Positions 49,683 through 61,243 of a stretch of 64,000 bases of DNA are shown here, piece by piece. The notes beneath the pieces were generated by a model. That model saw nothing but the letters and a program-made list of their open reading frames with translations. It ran no database searches and was not told the DNA's origin. This DNA comes from Hormiphora californensis (Eukaryota > Animalia > Ctenophora), in the NCBI GenBank assembly GCA_020137815.1, contig CM035360.1, positions 5,518,001 to 5,582,000 of the forward strand. Direction: 5' to 3'. Position 1 is the first letter of the stretch. Each line of letters begins with the position of its first letter. The position numbers and the translations under genes were made by a program.

Positions 49683-52600
49683 ATGAATGTAAGTGTAAGT
49701 ATATCTGGTACATAGATATATTCCTGGTATATTCTCGGATTGTCTAAGAACTTTCTATTTTCTAACTAACGGGGAAACCGGAGACGTGCGTCTAGTGGTG
49801 TGCGGACTCTAGTGCTACACAGTACACTCTAAGTCTAAAGAGGACTCTATATCTAAATTTAGATTTAGATAAAGAGTCCAAATAATTCTAAACTCTAGGA
49901 GGACTCTTTTAAATCGAAAAAGTCTACACAGGGCGGACTCTTTATCTAAAAAGTCTAAACAAAGTGGACTCTATATCTACATAAATCTAAATTAGATATA
50001 GAGTCCGCCTTTCGCTGCGAACTCGAGATTTCGGCCGTTAGGCCGGAAACGAGAGTTTGCTCTACCCCTATACTAATTTAGAAGTGTTAGGGCCGTTATT
50101 TGGGTTCGAGGTTAGGGTTAGGGTTAGTGTTAGGGTTAGGTTTTGGGTTGGGTTAGGATTTTAGACAGAGTCCGGGTTGGAGGATTTGGCGCCAAAATGT
50201 ACTAGAGGACTCTATATCTAAAAATTCTACACAGGGCGGACTCTTTATCTAAAAAGTCTACACAGGGAGGACTCTTTATCTAAACTTTTTTCAAAATCTA
50301 ACTGTAGATAAAGAGTCCGTTTTTAGATATAGAGTCCGCCTTGGATTTAGATAAAGAGTCCGTTAGCACTAGAGTCCGCCCACCGCGTCTAGTCTGCCTA
50401 GACAATTCCACACCTTCCCATGTGAGGGAAAGGGATTCGGTGTAACAAATATTTATATAGCCTGCTTGGAATGGCAGTCGTACCATTGATCCCAAACCCG
50501 TCCGTCACGCTTCTATTTTCAGAATTCTCAGCCGTCTCCAAAAGAAAGAGCGTTTCCAAAACGAAGCAATGAAATTGAAAAACTCAATGCCCAGGTAAGG
50601 GAAATATCTTTTTCAAGCTACGAAATCAGCATGTTCTTTATTTGTGTCTAACTAAAAGTCAATAAATTTCTCAAGGTGCACTATATGCTGTTGTGCAAGG
50701 ACAGAAAAGAGGTCAAAAAGCCTTCAAAAGAGGCTTTAGAGTTTGATTCGGGCAGCAGTAATTCTGACGTCTCAGGGGACGTCTCAGAGCAGCAGGATTC
50801 TGACGTCTCAGGGGACGTCTCAGAGCAGCAGGATTCTGACGTCTCAGGGGACGTCTCAGAGGACACACAGGACTCATTGCCTTTTAGCCGGGTACGTAGA
50901 GATTGAATTTGTAAAGAAATCTCTGGCAAGTGGCCACTATAAATTTAGCTAGTAGCCACAATTGTATGCAACAAAGGCTATTAGATGTTTAACTCCAAAC
51001 GACCTCGCCTATATCAGAGAATCAGGGTCAGGAGAATCAGGGTCAGGAGAATCAAACTGACTGAAGAGGAAGAATATGTACCTGTAGGGAAAACAGGACC
51101 ATTCACCTATACCAGGGAGGAAATGATCCAACTGAGGGAGGCACAAGATAAACCCCTCGCTGATCTCCCTAAGTTCGACTGTATCATGGATAAGCCCATT
51201 CTGAAGTGTGAGCCCATGAAGGTCAGGAACAGGAGTATGGATAAGAACCACCATTCTATGGGACATTCCTCCGCTGCTCCAATGATTATTGATCACGTTC
51301 TAGCGACCCCAGTGGTAGGTATTACGCTCCAGTTACAGATTGGAGGCTGGCGCCAGCCTCCAATCTGCAACTGGCGCAAGCTGGGAGAGTCCCTGTGCGC
51401 GCGAAATCTTCGTTGACTAGCAGGGTTTTCGATGTGATTTGCATCTAGAGTGGCGCACGCGGCAGTGTCAGCAGTGTCAGCAGGGGCCTGCACCATTGTA
51501 ACTAACTTCGGTCGCAAAATCTCTAACTGGACCTAGCAATTACATACATAATTATATGGGTATTTCCCCCGTGTTCTAACTCTCCCTCCCACATATCCGA
51601 AAGAAGAGTAGCAATCCCTGGTTGGCAAAGAGAGAGCAAGAAGGTAAACCTAAAAACAAGGACGCCAAAAAACTTATGCGTAGGTGGTGGAGTAGTATTT
51701 GGGGTTGGATTGTGCATTTTTTCATTCTCCCTCTTGACCCTCACACCCTCCCCTGACCATAATAGCACTAATCAAGTTCAATTAAGGATCAGTTAGTATG
51801 TGCTGTTCTTCTATGTGACGTTTAGTACCTAGGAAGCAGATTTTATAGATCCCTTATCCCCCTTTAGAAGGTATCAAAGAAGATGAGAGATCCAGACAAA
51901 AGGAGGAGCTGCTGTACAAGAGAACAAAGATGAAGGAGGAGAAATTTGGTAACATCAAGTTTATCGGAGAACTATTCAACTTGGATCTTATCGACAAGAT
52001 TGTTATCCTTAAGGTAGAGAGATGACCTGATGACCCACTTCGAGCCCCTTTCCTTTGAGTTAGGTCCTCAGTTCGTCGCTTTTGTTTTACACACCGCCTA
52101 GGGGTGAACTTCATTACCAATTATCCTGCGTAATCAATTGCCTCCCTATTTCCCAAGCCTTCCCCTAACCAACTAACTCCATGCAATGCTTTAGTACATC
52201 GACACACTGTTGAAGACCAAGAAGGATGAAGATACAGGACTAATGGAGAATATAGAAGATGAGAATATCGAATGTCTCTCTAAACTCTTCACTATAGCGG
52301 GACAGAAACTGGAGGGAGAATGCAAGTCTGGGCTTAGGAAGCGGCGGTGGGAGCAGTTCTTTGGAACCTACAGTAAACTCCAGTCAGGTACTTACATATT
52401 AGTGGTTATTATAGGCAGGATATATTATATATATGTTTAGAAATCAGAACGTAACTGACTGAACTCTATTCAACATCCCATTCGATCAACACAGCATCAC
52501 TTTTTTAGATAAGAACTACCCCTACCGTATCCGGTTCATGATCCAGGATGTAATGGATCTCCGTAGCAACGGATGGACTCCCAGGAGACCGGAGGTGAAG

Positions 52601-55600
52601 CCCCAGAAGATTGAGGATATCCACATACAGCACATGAAGGCAGAGCTGGAGCAAGAGAAAATGATGGAGGCGATCCAATCGACCGTGAAGGACCATGGCC
52701 AGGTACCCCATACCTTAAATTATATTGTTGGTTAACTTGTTACTGTAAACTGTAGTGTATATTTTGTAATAATTGTAATGACGTGGTATAGTTTTCTTCC
52801 ATGGAACAATTCCCTCACACATAATGCTCTCTTTTCGGAGCGTGTTCGTCTACACATTGCGCGTCGCGGGTGAACGAGCTAACCCGGGTGAACGAGCTAA
52901 CAATAGTGAACTTACATGCGATATACTGCATCGCGCGCATGTAATTGCACTATTGTTAGCTTGTTCACCCGGGTTTGGTACAGCCTGCGACGCGCAATGT
53001 TGAGACAAACACGTTCCGAAAATGCAGGATTATGCTCAACACACACGCCCTATCAATATACTAAATCTAACCCTTCCTCCCTACAGGATTCCTCGCAATC
53101 CTCGCAATCCTCGCAATCCTCGCAGTCCTCGCAGTCCTCTCAGTCCTCGATAAGGAGCACCAGCACCGAGAAGGTAGACAAGCCTGACAAGAAGATTCAG
53201 GACATCGACGTAAGTTGCCTTGCTCGACCGCACACATAACAAGACGTACATTGTTGAGAGTTTCATTTTACCAATCACAAATTTAGGATCAGAATTTGAT
53301 AAAACGAAACGAACTATTGAAGAAGAAGGTAAGAACAATATTACAGATCTGAAATACAAAAAAGCTGAAAAGTATCGATCAATTCATCATGTTTTTAGTA
53401 TCTTACTAAAAGTAAACGAATTCCTCAAGGTGCTTCACTATAAGCTGTTGTGCAAGAGCTTGAAAAAAGAGGTCGAAAAGCTTTCAACGGAGGCTTTAGA
53501 GTGTGATTCAGACGGTGATTCTGGCAGTAATTTGGATTTTGACGTCTCAGAGGATACACTGGACTCAGTGGTAAGTAACTGATCGTGCAGATAAAAAGCC
53601 GAAAGCAAATTATACTTCAAACTGTGAACAGCAAAATCGTTTTTAAAACTATGTTCTGAATAAATTCCTAGTTAGATTTAGAAGTTTGTATCCTGGTAGA
53701 GTGCTCGATCCGGGGATGCGGAGAGCTGAATTATTGTGACAAGTGAAACAAGGTTTTACAAAAGCCTTGTTTCACTTGTCACAATAGTTCTGAATAAATT
53801 CGAAATTTGCCTTTCTCGACCCTCTTTTCGAGAGCTTATATGTAAAATAAAATGGGTTTTAACAAAATAATGCGAAACCACAAATTTTACTTTTTTCTAC
53901 CCGGTCGATCAGTCATTTTTTAACAGGAAGACCCAAAAATTAGGAAACCGTACCGGACACCCAGTCACTTCCTCAAGCATAACATTAACAAATTATAGTG
54001 TACCGTGTGGCGTAAAAAAGACTCCCCTAGACTAACATAACTAATACCCTAGACTAAAGCTCTCCGCGACACCCGGAGGGGATTAGGGGTCCCCATTATG
54101 CCTAACATAATAATATTTGTAATAACAAGAACTTATATACCGCCCTTATTCGGCTCCCCAGTAGCAGAGCAATACATTTGACACTGAACTGCAGAATAAT
54201 CAGTAGGGGTTGCTAAGCTTAGCAATCCCTACTGATTATTCGACCCCTAATAATCAGAGCACACTAAATTTGTTTATAGTTAAAAGTATTAATTACTAGC
54301 TTATATCTTTTCAGGGGGTTTTATCCACACTTAAAGTCAATTCAACGAAACGGGACAAGGACGATAAATGGCTGTTTGGTACAGTAAAATATCCTCCACA
54401 GTTTATAGAGCCGTTCCAACAGTTACCAGAGGCATTTTACCAGAATAAAGATGTGTTTATGTTCGACGAAACACTCGACGGAAGGAGTTATCTACCTGCA
54501 CTTAAAAGGGGAGACGTCGTAAAATTTGAGCTAGTCCATGCAAAAAATGCTAAGCCAAACATGAGAACTCCGGGTGGAAAAGTAAAGCCAAGGGCGTATC
54601 AAGTAAAAATAGACGCTTTCATCGGTCAACGGACACTGAGGGAGATGCACGATTACTTTGATTCTCTGATTGACTCTCTTCAAGATAATGGGACAAGAAC
54701 GGGAGCTGTTACCACTATCATGACATGTCCAGCCCTGTGGGATTTCCTACTGAAAGCAAGAACTGATCCAGTTACTGAATTTGAAAGCTATATTCGATGC
54801 CTTTTCTCCTTTATTATGGATGTAATGCCACATATGGCAGGATTTCCGAGCCAGAAGTCACAAATCTTGGAAATGCTGTCAACTTCGAAGTTATCTAGCC
54901 GAATAACAAGTGACAAAACGAGGGGTAAAATCAATTTATGGCAAATTGAGCAGCAGATAGAAATTGATCCATCCAAATTGAAAAATTGTCTGCCATCCTT
55001 GGGCGAGGTAGTGAGGAGTTCTAACACAAAAGAAGCCAAATTTCTGCACCGTCTACTTCTAAAAACAGCTCACTTGGTAGACCTTGAAAAATGGCAAGCG
55101 TTGGAGACGATTCCTTCTATGCAAGAGATGTTTGGTGACCCCCTTGAAAAAATTGCTTATTTAAAGCCTGTGCATGCCAAAAGCCCTTACGACAGTGTGG
55201 ACCAATACCTCGACATCTATTACAGACTTCTTCGTGCAGAATGCTTTTCTAGTATTCAAAAGGGCATCAACGACTTCAACAATGGTCGGCTCGATCCGCG
55301 TGATATGAACATGTACTACCGAGTAGGAGTAGTAAACATTGACATGAACAGGTCAAACATTGTTTTCTACATGAGTTTCAAAACAGATCGTCCTGTAAAT
55401 AATTGGAATAAGTCTCGGAAACTAATGTTTGGGAACCTTCTTTGTGCATCTGCGAAAGGGGACTTTAGTGATGCGATATGGCTGACTGTTAGTGACAGGG
55501 ACCCCAGAAAGTTGGAGAAAGGCCCATTCATCGGCGTGGAATTGGTATCTTTCTCTTCTGACAACACTCTCACAGATTCTGCTTTAACTCTTTTAAAACA

Positions 55601-58600
55601 TTCTGGCAGTTTGATTATGGCTGAGAGTCCAACTTACTTTCAGTCATTTCGACACATTCTCGAAAGTCTTCGAATGAGTGAGTTGAAAAGCTTTAACCTG
55701 TGCGACGTTATATTAAAGGCAGAATCGACTGATATCCCACTGGATATCGATTCATCACTAATGCAAAAGGTCGGCTATGGCGATCTTGAAGATTCCCAAA
55801 AAGCTGCTTTTGACCATGCCTTAAAATCCCCTCTTGCAATTATTCAGGGTCCTCCGGGAACTGGAAAAACATTCATTGGAGCAAAACTGGCTCATCTTTT
55901 GTACCTTGTCAACAAAGGTACCCTAGAGTTTCTGGATCTGGATCATGATGAGGATATTTACGAGCCTCCAATTCTTGTCCTAACCTACAAAAACCATGCT
56001 CTGGATGAATTCTTGAAGCACTGTCTCGAATTTTGCTCAAAAGATGAGCTTCTGAGGATTGGTGGCCAGTCGAAGGAGAAAGAGCTCAAGGACTGTCTGA
56101 TGAGAAATAAAATGATGAGCACGGGGTATTTCCGGATTTCAAATCGAGATATACTGTTCGATATTGGCGATGAGTTTGACACCTTTCAGAAGTTACTGGA
56201 TGAGTTTAAGATGAAGTCCAAGTTCGATCTTGTGAGTTTCTGTGAATTAGTGACTCCAGAACAGTTGGATAATTTCTTTTTCAATGCAGTTAAATACAAA
56301 GGTGCACGGATAGAGTATTCTAGACTGAGAGCAGAGGATGATTTCAAATTGCAGTTTACTAAAATGCTTCGGTATCCTGACCATACGACGGGATGGTTTG
56401 TCAACATTTTCCAAACTGCGTTCTATGGGTGGCTACCCGACAAGGGCAAATTGACCGAACTCACTAAACTGTTTCACAGAACGGTGAAAGAAAGGAATAC
56501 ACCAACATGGGGCTGGGGAGATAATGGAAATGAAAACGACGTTGAAGGTGACAAAGAAGAAAATAATGAGATTGACGAGGACTATTTGAATGAGCTTGCA
56601 GCACAGAGGGAAGTTTGGGATGAAGATGATGAAGATAATGAATCTAAAGCCACACGTTTAAAGATTGAGGATATGATTTCATCGATGAAGCAAATGTCTT
56701 CTTCCATATATGAGTTCCGGCTTTCAGATTTTTCTGCTGATTTTAGCATGAAGAGTGAACTTTTAAGTGAAAAGGAACTGCATACGCTTGACGAAATTGA
56801 TCGGTTCTGCTTTATTTATGCGTCACTCACCACTGCTCTGGGTGAAGTCATTGAAAAGATGAAAAAATCTTTGGAAAATCTCAACATATACCGCTCTAAG
56901 GAGAAGGAGATTGGAATAAAAAACAAGATCAGCGTTTTGAAAAGGCAGAAGATCGTCGGTGCTACAATTGTTGGGGCATCAATCCAGTTGGGGCTTTTGC
57001 AGAAATTGAACCCGAAAATTGTGATCGTCGAAGAGTGTGCTGAGATAATGGAGCCCTGTTTGGTTGGAATTCTGACGAAAAGTGTTGAAAGACTGATTTT
57101 AATAGGAGATCACCAGCAGCTCAGGCCTCAGATCGACACCTATTATCTGAAGAAAAACTACCATCTCGATATTTCAATGATGGAAAGACTGATTAGGTCC
57201 GGTTTGCCATTTAAAACTCTTTTGAAACAGGGAAGAATGAGACCTGAGTTTTCAAGATTGCTTCTTGATATTTACCCCTTTTACCAAGACTTCCCAAATC
57301 TGGATAAAAAGAATCCTCCTCTTAACTGCTTAAAGCATTCTATGTTTTGGTGGAGTCATAGTTACCAAGAGGAAAAGGATAAAACTGTGAGAAATAACCC
57401 TGAAGCAGGAATGGCAGTATCTCTTGCTCTTTACATGATTGCAAGTGGTGTATGCAGCAAAGAAATCACAATCATCTGTGGGTATATCGGCCAGGTACAT
57501 GCAGTGAGGAAACTGTATCGCTCATTGGACGCAAAACAACTCTGCCTTGATCTGAAATCTGTTGACATTAGATCTATTGATGAGTATCAGGGGGACGAAA
57601 ACAACTATGTCATCATTTCTCTCACTCGGTCAAATCCTGAATGTAATATTGGTTTCATGAAAGAATTAGAAAGGAGGTGTGTGGCTCAGTCTCGAGCGAA
57701 ACGAGGAATGTATTTTGTTGGTAATGTGCAAACCTTTGAAAAGCATGGAACGTGGCTACCAATCATCAAGCCATTGCGAACGAGCGGTTTAATCGGAGAG
57801 AATATTTTTCTGCAGTGTTATCAGCATCCGCATACTGCTGTTTGCGCTGGGCATGTTGAGGATCTAGAAAGGGACCTCAAAGGACAGTGTAACGATCCTT
57901 CAAAAATCTCATACTACGTCCAAAATTCAAAATCCTGGTGTAGTGAGCCATGCAAACGGTTGTACAATTGTAAGCTTCCGGAACATCAATGCACAAAATT
58001 CTGTGCACCGAGGCACGATCATTCGAACTGTTTGGTTTTAATTGATTTCACTTTTGCAGACTGTGGTCACCAAACTTCTTACCACTGTTATAAGGATCCG
58101 AAATTGTTGAAATGTGCCGCAAAGCTACAAAAAAAACTCCCCAAGTGTTGCCACCTGAAAGAAGTTCAATGTCATCTGTGGAAAACCAATCCAAGTGGAA
58201 TTATGTGTAACGAAACATGTAAAGAATACTTCACCTGTCCAGAGAAGCACAAGTGTGAAACAGTTTGCGGAGTTGAGCACTCACACCAAGCCGACCGGTG
58301 CCCAGTTCAAGTTGAGTTCACAATCGATTCCTGTGGACATGTCGCTCACTTCAAAAAAGTTTGTGGGAATGTAAAACCTGTAGTAAATGACTGTCGGTTC
58401 CAATTGGAGTACGTCAGTCAGACTTGTGGACATGGTCAGAGGAGGAAATGTAGTGAAAAAGAGAGTTGTCGAAATCCGTGTGTTCGAAAAAGACAAGACT
58501 GTGGTCATCCATGCAAGCTAGACTGCTCCAAGAGTTGTTTGTCTGAAGATTGTGAGTTATGCAAGGCAGAGTATGAGAAGGCTGTCCTGGCGAAAAAAGC

Positions 58601-59786
58601 AGCGGCTAAAGAGGCGTTTGTTAAAGCAAAGAAGGAAGCAGAAAATGACGGAGTGAATGCGACTTTGGTACCAGTGGTCGACAACCAGCAGCTTCAAGAT
58701 GACCTAGAGTACAAATGTCAACAGTTTTTCAGGCACAGCGTCGCATACGAGATTGAGAGTATCTGTCAGTGCTACAAAGTAAAATGCCCAAAGAATTCCG
58801 AGGAATTTTGGAACGCTGTGGCGAATAAAACTCACGGTTCTCTGCAACAGGAGCTCTTTAAAGTTCTCAGAAATCCTATTATTCCTGGTGAAATAGTTGA
58901 TGTTGCTAGCTTAACAAGGCTCATCAAAACCGGAGATTCGTTCAACTTTTCAAAAGGTGCCATCGATGATTGTCTCCCAACAACCAATGATGGGACTATC
59001 TCACTTTTCATTGGAAATCTACTCGTTGGCAATTCTATTACGGAACATGAGGTAAAAGAACCACCCAAGGGTTATCTTAAAAAGAATAAAAAAGATTCCA
59101 TACTTGTCTCCCAGATGGATCAACCAGCAAAGTATCGAGTTTATGATCGTACCCAGTTTCACTTTCAATACCTCGTACAACTTCGTTTGAAGCCGAAGGG
59201 TGTGAAGATACACGAGACTGAGCTCATGTCCAACTTTCCCGAGGGTGAAACTCGGTACAAGATATCTGACTACGATATGAGAAATGTTAGTGATCCGACG
59301 GTAGAGCTACTTCAAAAAGCGATTTCAATTTTCGATGGAGCGTGCTCAAAAAGAACTGCATATCAGGCAAGGAACCAGAATTTAGAGGTCAAATATATTG
59401 GGAACATCTCTAACAAGAATTCTGAAGACAGATATGCTGAAAGCAAAAGTGGTGATGGAAAAGCAATTGAAATTTACGCCTTCCACGCCACTGCAAAAGA
59501 AAATATCGCAAGTATCATCAAGACTAACTTGGATCCCAACCGACCTGCAGCCCATGGTAGAGTGCATGGGGATGGCTGCTATTTTTCTGAGTACCCGGAG
59601 TTTAGTTCGGGTTATGGTTCAGAGTGTATGATAATCTTCAAACTGTTGCTATTCGATGGACAGTACACCAAAGTGAAACCAGATAGTGCAGGGTTTTGTG
59701 AGCAGCTTGTTCTGAACGACGCTGCGTTGTTTAAACCGGTTTTTGTATTGTGGTTCATCGACGATCCTCCTTCTAATTCTCCTTAG
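49683..59786 (+). CDS. ZNFX1: ZNFX1-like SF1 helicase with C-terminal PARP-like domains and an upstream eIF4G-derived N-terminus (predicted ~2300 aa)
   Basis: Large terminal exon 54315-59786: [60 protein letters not shown]1-type CGHxC repeats, then FHAT...HGDGCYFS...SSGY. Upstream exons 49683-49688, 50523-50594, 50676-50891, 51018-51318, 51868-52013, 52195-52387, 52509-52702, 53087-53209, 53287-53328 and 53430-53570 join in phase. ZNFX1 identity is high confidence; the single-transcript fusion is inferred. Confidence 0.8.
49797..50384. mobile_element. Non-autonomous TIR element with 9-bp TSD (Mutator-like) containing a TTAGGG tract
   Basis: TIRs GGTGTGCGGACTCTAGTGCTA and TAGCACTAGAGTCCGCCCACC. 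Exact 9-bp TSD GCGTCTAGT (49788-49796, 50385-50393). Many GGACTCTWTATCTA subterminal repeats. Confidence 0.88.
51868..52702 (+). CDS. Partial MIF4G domain of eIF4G type (3 exons, within the model above)
   Basis: [35 protein letters not shown] and [30 protein letters not shown] match the C-terminal half of the eIF4G middle HEAT domain (GNIKFIGEL; IRFMLQDVxDLR..W). Confidence 0.88.
52831..53021. repeat. Foldback (long inverted repeat) element in intron
   Basis: TTTTCGGAGCGTGTTCGTCT...CATTGCGCGTCGC pairs with GCGACGCGCAATG...AGACAAACACGTTCCGAAAA; the inner arms CCCGGGTGAACGAGCTAACAATAGTG / CACTATTGTTAGCTTGTTCACCCGGG also pair. Confidence 0.85.
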
Positions 59787-60093
59787 TCTGAGAAATAGAC
59801 TCAAGAACCCACTGTAAGACACTGTAAGACACTGTTTTTTATGTTTTCAATCATTTTGACATTATATAATGTGTGTTAATTTTTGTGTGGAAAAATGTTG
59901 TACGTAATCCTATTTTTACACAATCTTTTAAATCTTTTATTTTTTACTGTGAAAATGTTTTTATAATTCAAGAATCAAGTTAAATTACACTTTTTTTCAT
60001 TCCCTGTGTCATTCCTTACCACTCCCACTCCCTGTCCCTTGATTAGAAAGGTTATACCTCGCAATTATCTATCTAAGTGTATCCCTTCTAGCA

Positions 60094-61029
60094 ATGAAAC
60101 GATCTGCAAAACGCCGTCGTCTTGATAATACCCCTACTGCTGCAGTGAAGCAATCAAAACTGCACAACTTTTTCAAGACACCCGCCCAGGTGAATCTTAA
60201 CTTGGGGAACAAGACCACCAACTGTACACAATACCGCGAACGCAAAATATTTAGCTCCAAAAAAGACTCTCCAGTTGATTCCATCACATTAAAAAACGAA
60301 CGTGCTGTTGTTCAAAGTACTAGAGAAGAATCATCTGATAATTGTTTCACAGCTCAAAATTCTGTAGGCGCCTCTTCGTCTCACCACGTTGAACTTCCTC
60401 ATGTTTTCCCAAAGAATGATATTTCGGATGAATCTGCTATTTCAGTTGAAAGTCTTCCTATTTCCCAATCATCAGTATCCAACAACTCCGATCATGTCTT
60501 TACCCTACCACCTGTAACTCCAATAAAACCGACCTCACCAGCATCTTCTCCATCACCTTGTTCGTCCCCAGGCAGCCCGGTCCTGGATTTAAATTCCGGA
60601 GTTTGGTCGCTACCTGCATCTGTCGCCGTGACAACCACTGACCTGCTGGGAGACTCACTAGAGGACGATGTTACTATAGCAACCCTCCCAGCTAGCGGGG
60701 CAGTTGATATTAGATCCGGTGATCACAGGGACTCTTTAACAGCTAGTTTAAACGAGCATGATGATGCAACACATGGGAGTATATCCAGTGTATCAGAGAA
60801 TTCTCATATCATCAGTATAGCTACCCAATCAACTGATAACGATACTGTCGTCAGGACATCACCTGTTAATTTGGAGAAAGAGTCATTCCAAACTGTCAGT
60901 CCCATCAAAGGACCAGACACGTATTTCTGTGAGAAAGTCAGTGAGAAGGTCGGGGAGGATGAGAGTTGTGGTGGACAGTTGACTTGTAGTCCAATACGGG
61001 GGCCTGCGTCATTACTACTTAACTTGTGA
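60094..61029 (+). CDS. Ser/Pro-rich, probably disordered protein with an N-terminal NLS-like and PIP-box-like motif
   Basis: 311-aa single ORF with KRSAKRRRL and QSKLHNFF (Qxx[LIM]xx[FY][FY]). No recognisable domain. Confidence 0.55.
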   Translation: MKRSAKRRRLDNTPTAAVKQSKLHNFFKTPAQVNLNLGNKTTNCTQYRERKIFSSKKDSPVDSITLKNERAVVQSTREESSDNCFTAQNSVGASSSHHVELPHVFPKNDISDESAISVESLPISQSSVSNNSDHVFTLPPVTPIKPTSPASSPSPCSSPGSPVLDLNSGVWSLPASVAVTTTDLLGDSLEDDVTIATLPASGAVDIRSGDHRDSLTASLNEHDDATHGSISSVSENSHIISIATQSTDNDTVVRTSPVNLEKESFQTVSPIKGPDTYFCEKVSEKVGEDESCGGQLTCSPIRGPASLLLNL

Positions 61030-61243
61030 CATGTTTCATGGTGTTTTATTAAATTGCGTTTAATTCAATGTTTAATGATTACCTTCGTGACCTTTACCGC
61101 CCGCATGTACAATAATTGTACATGAGGGCGGATTGTACATTGTACAATACCACCTTCACTTCCCATCTATATAATCAGTTATTCTTCCTGTAATAAATTA
61201 ACTACCTCTCTTTATCCATATAATCATTATACTATCCAGTAGA

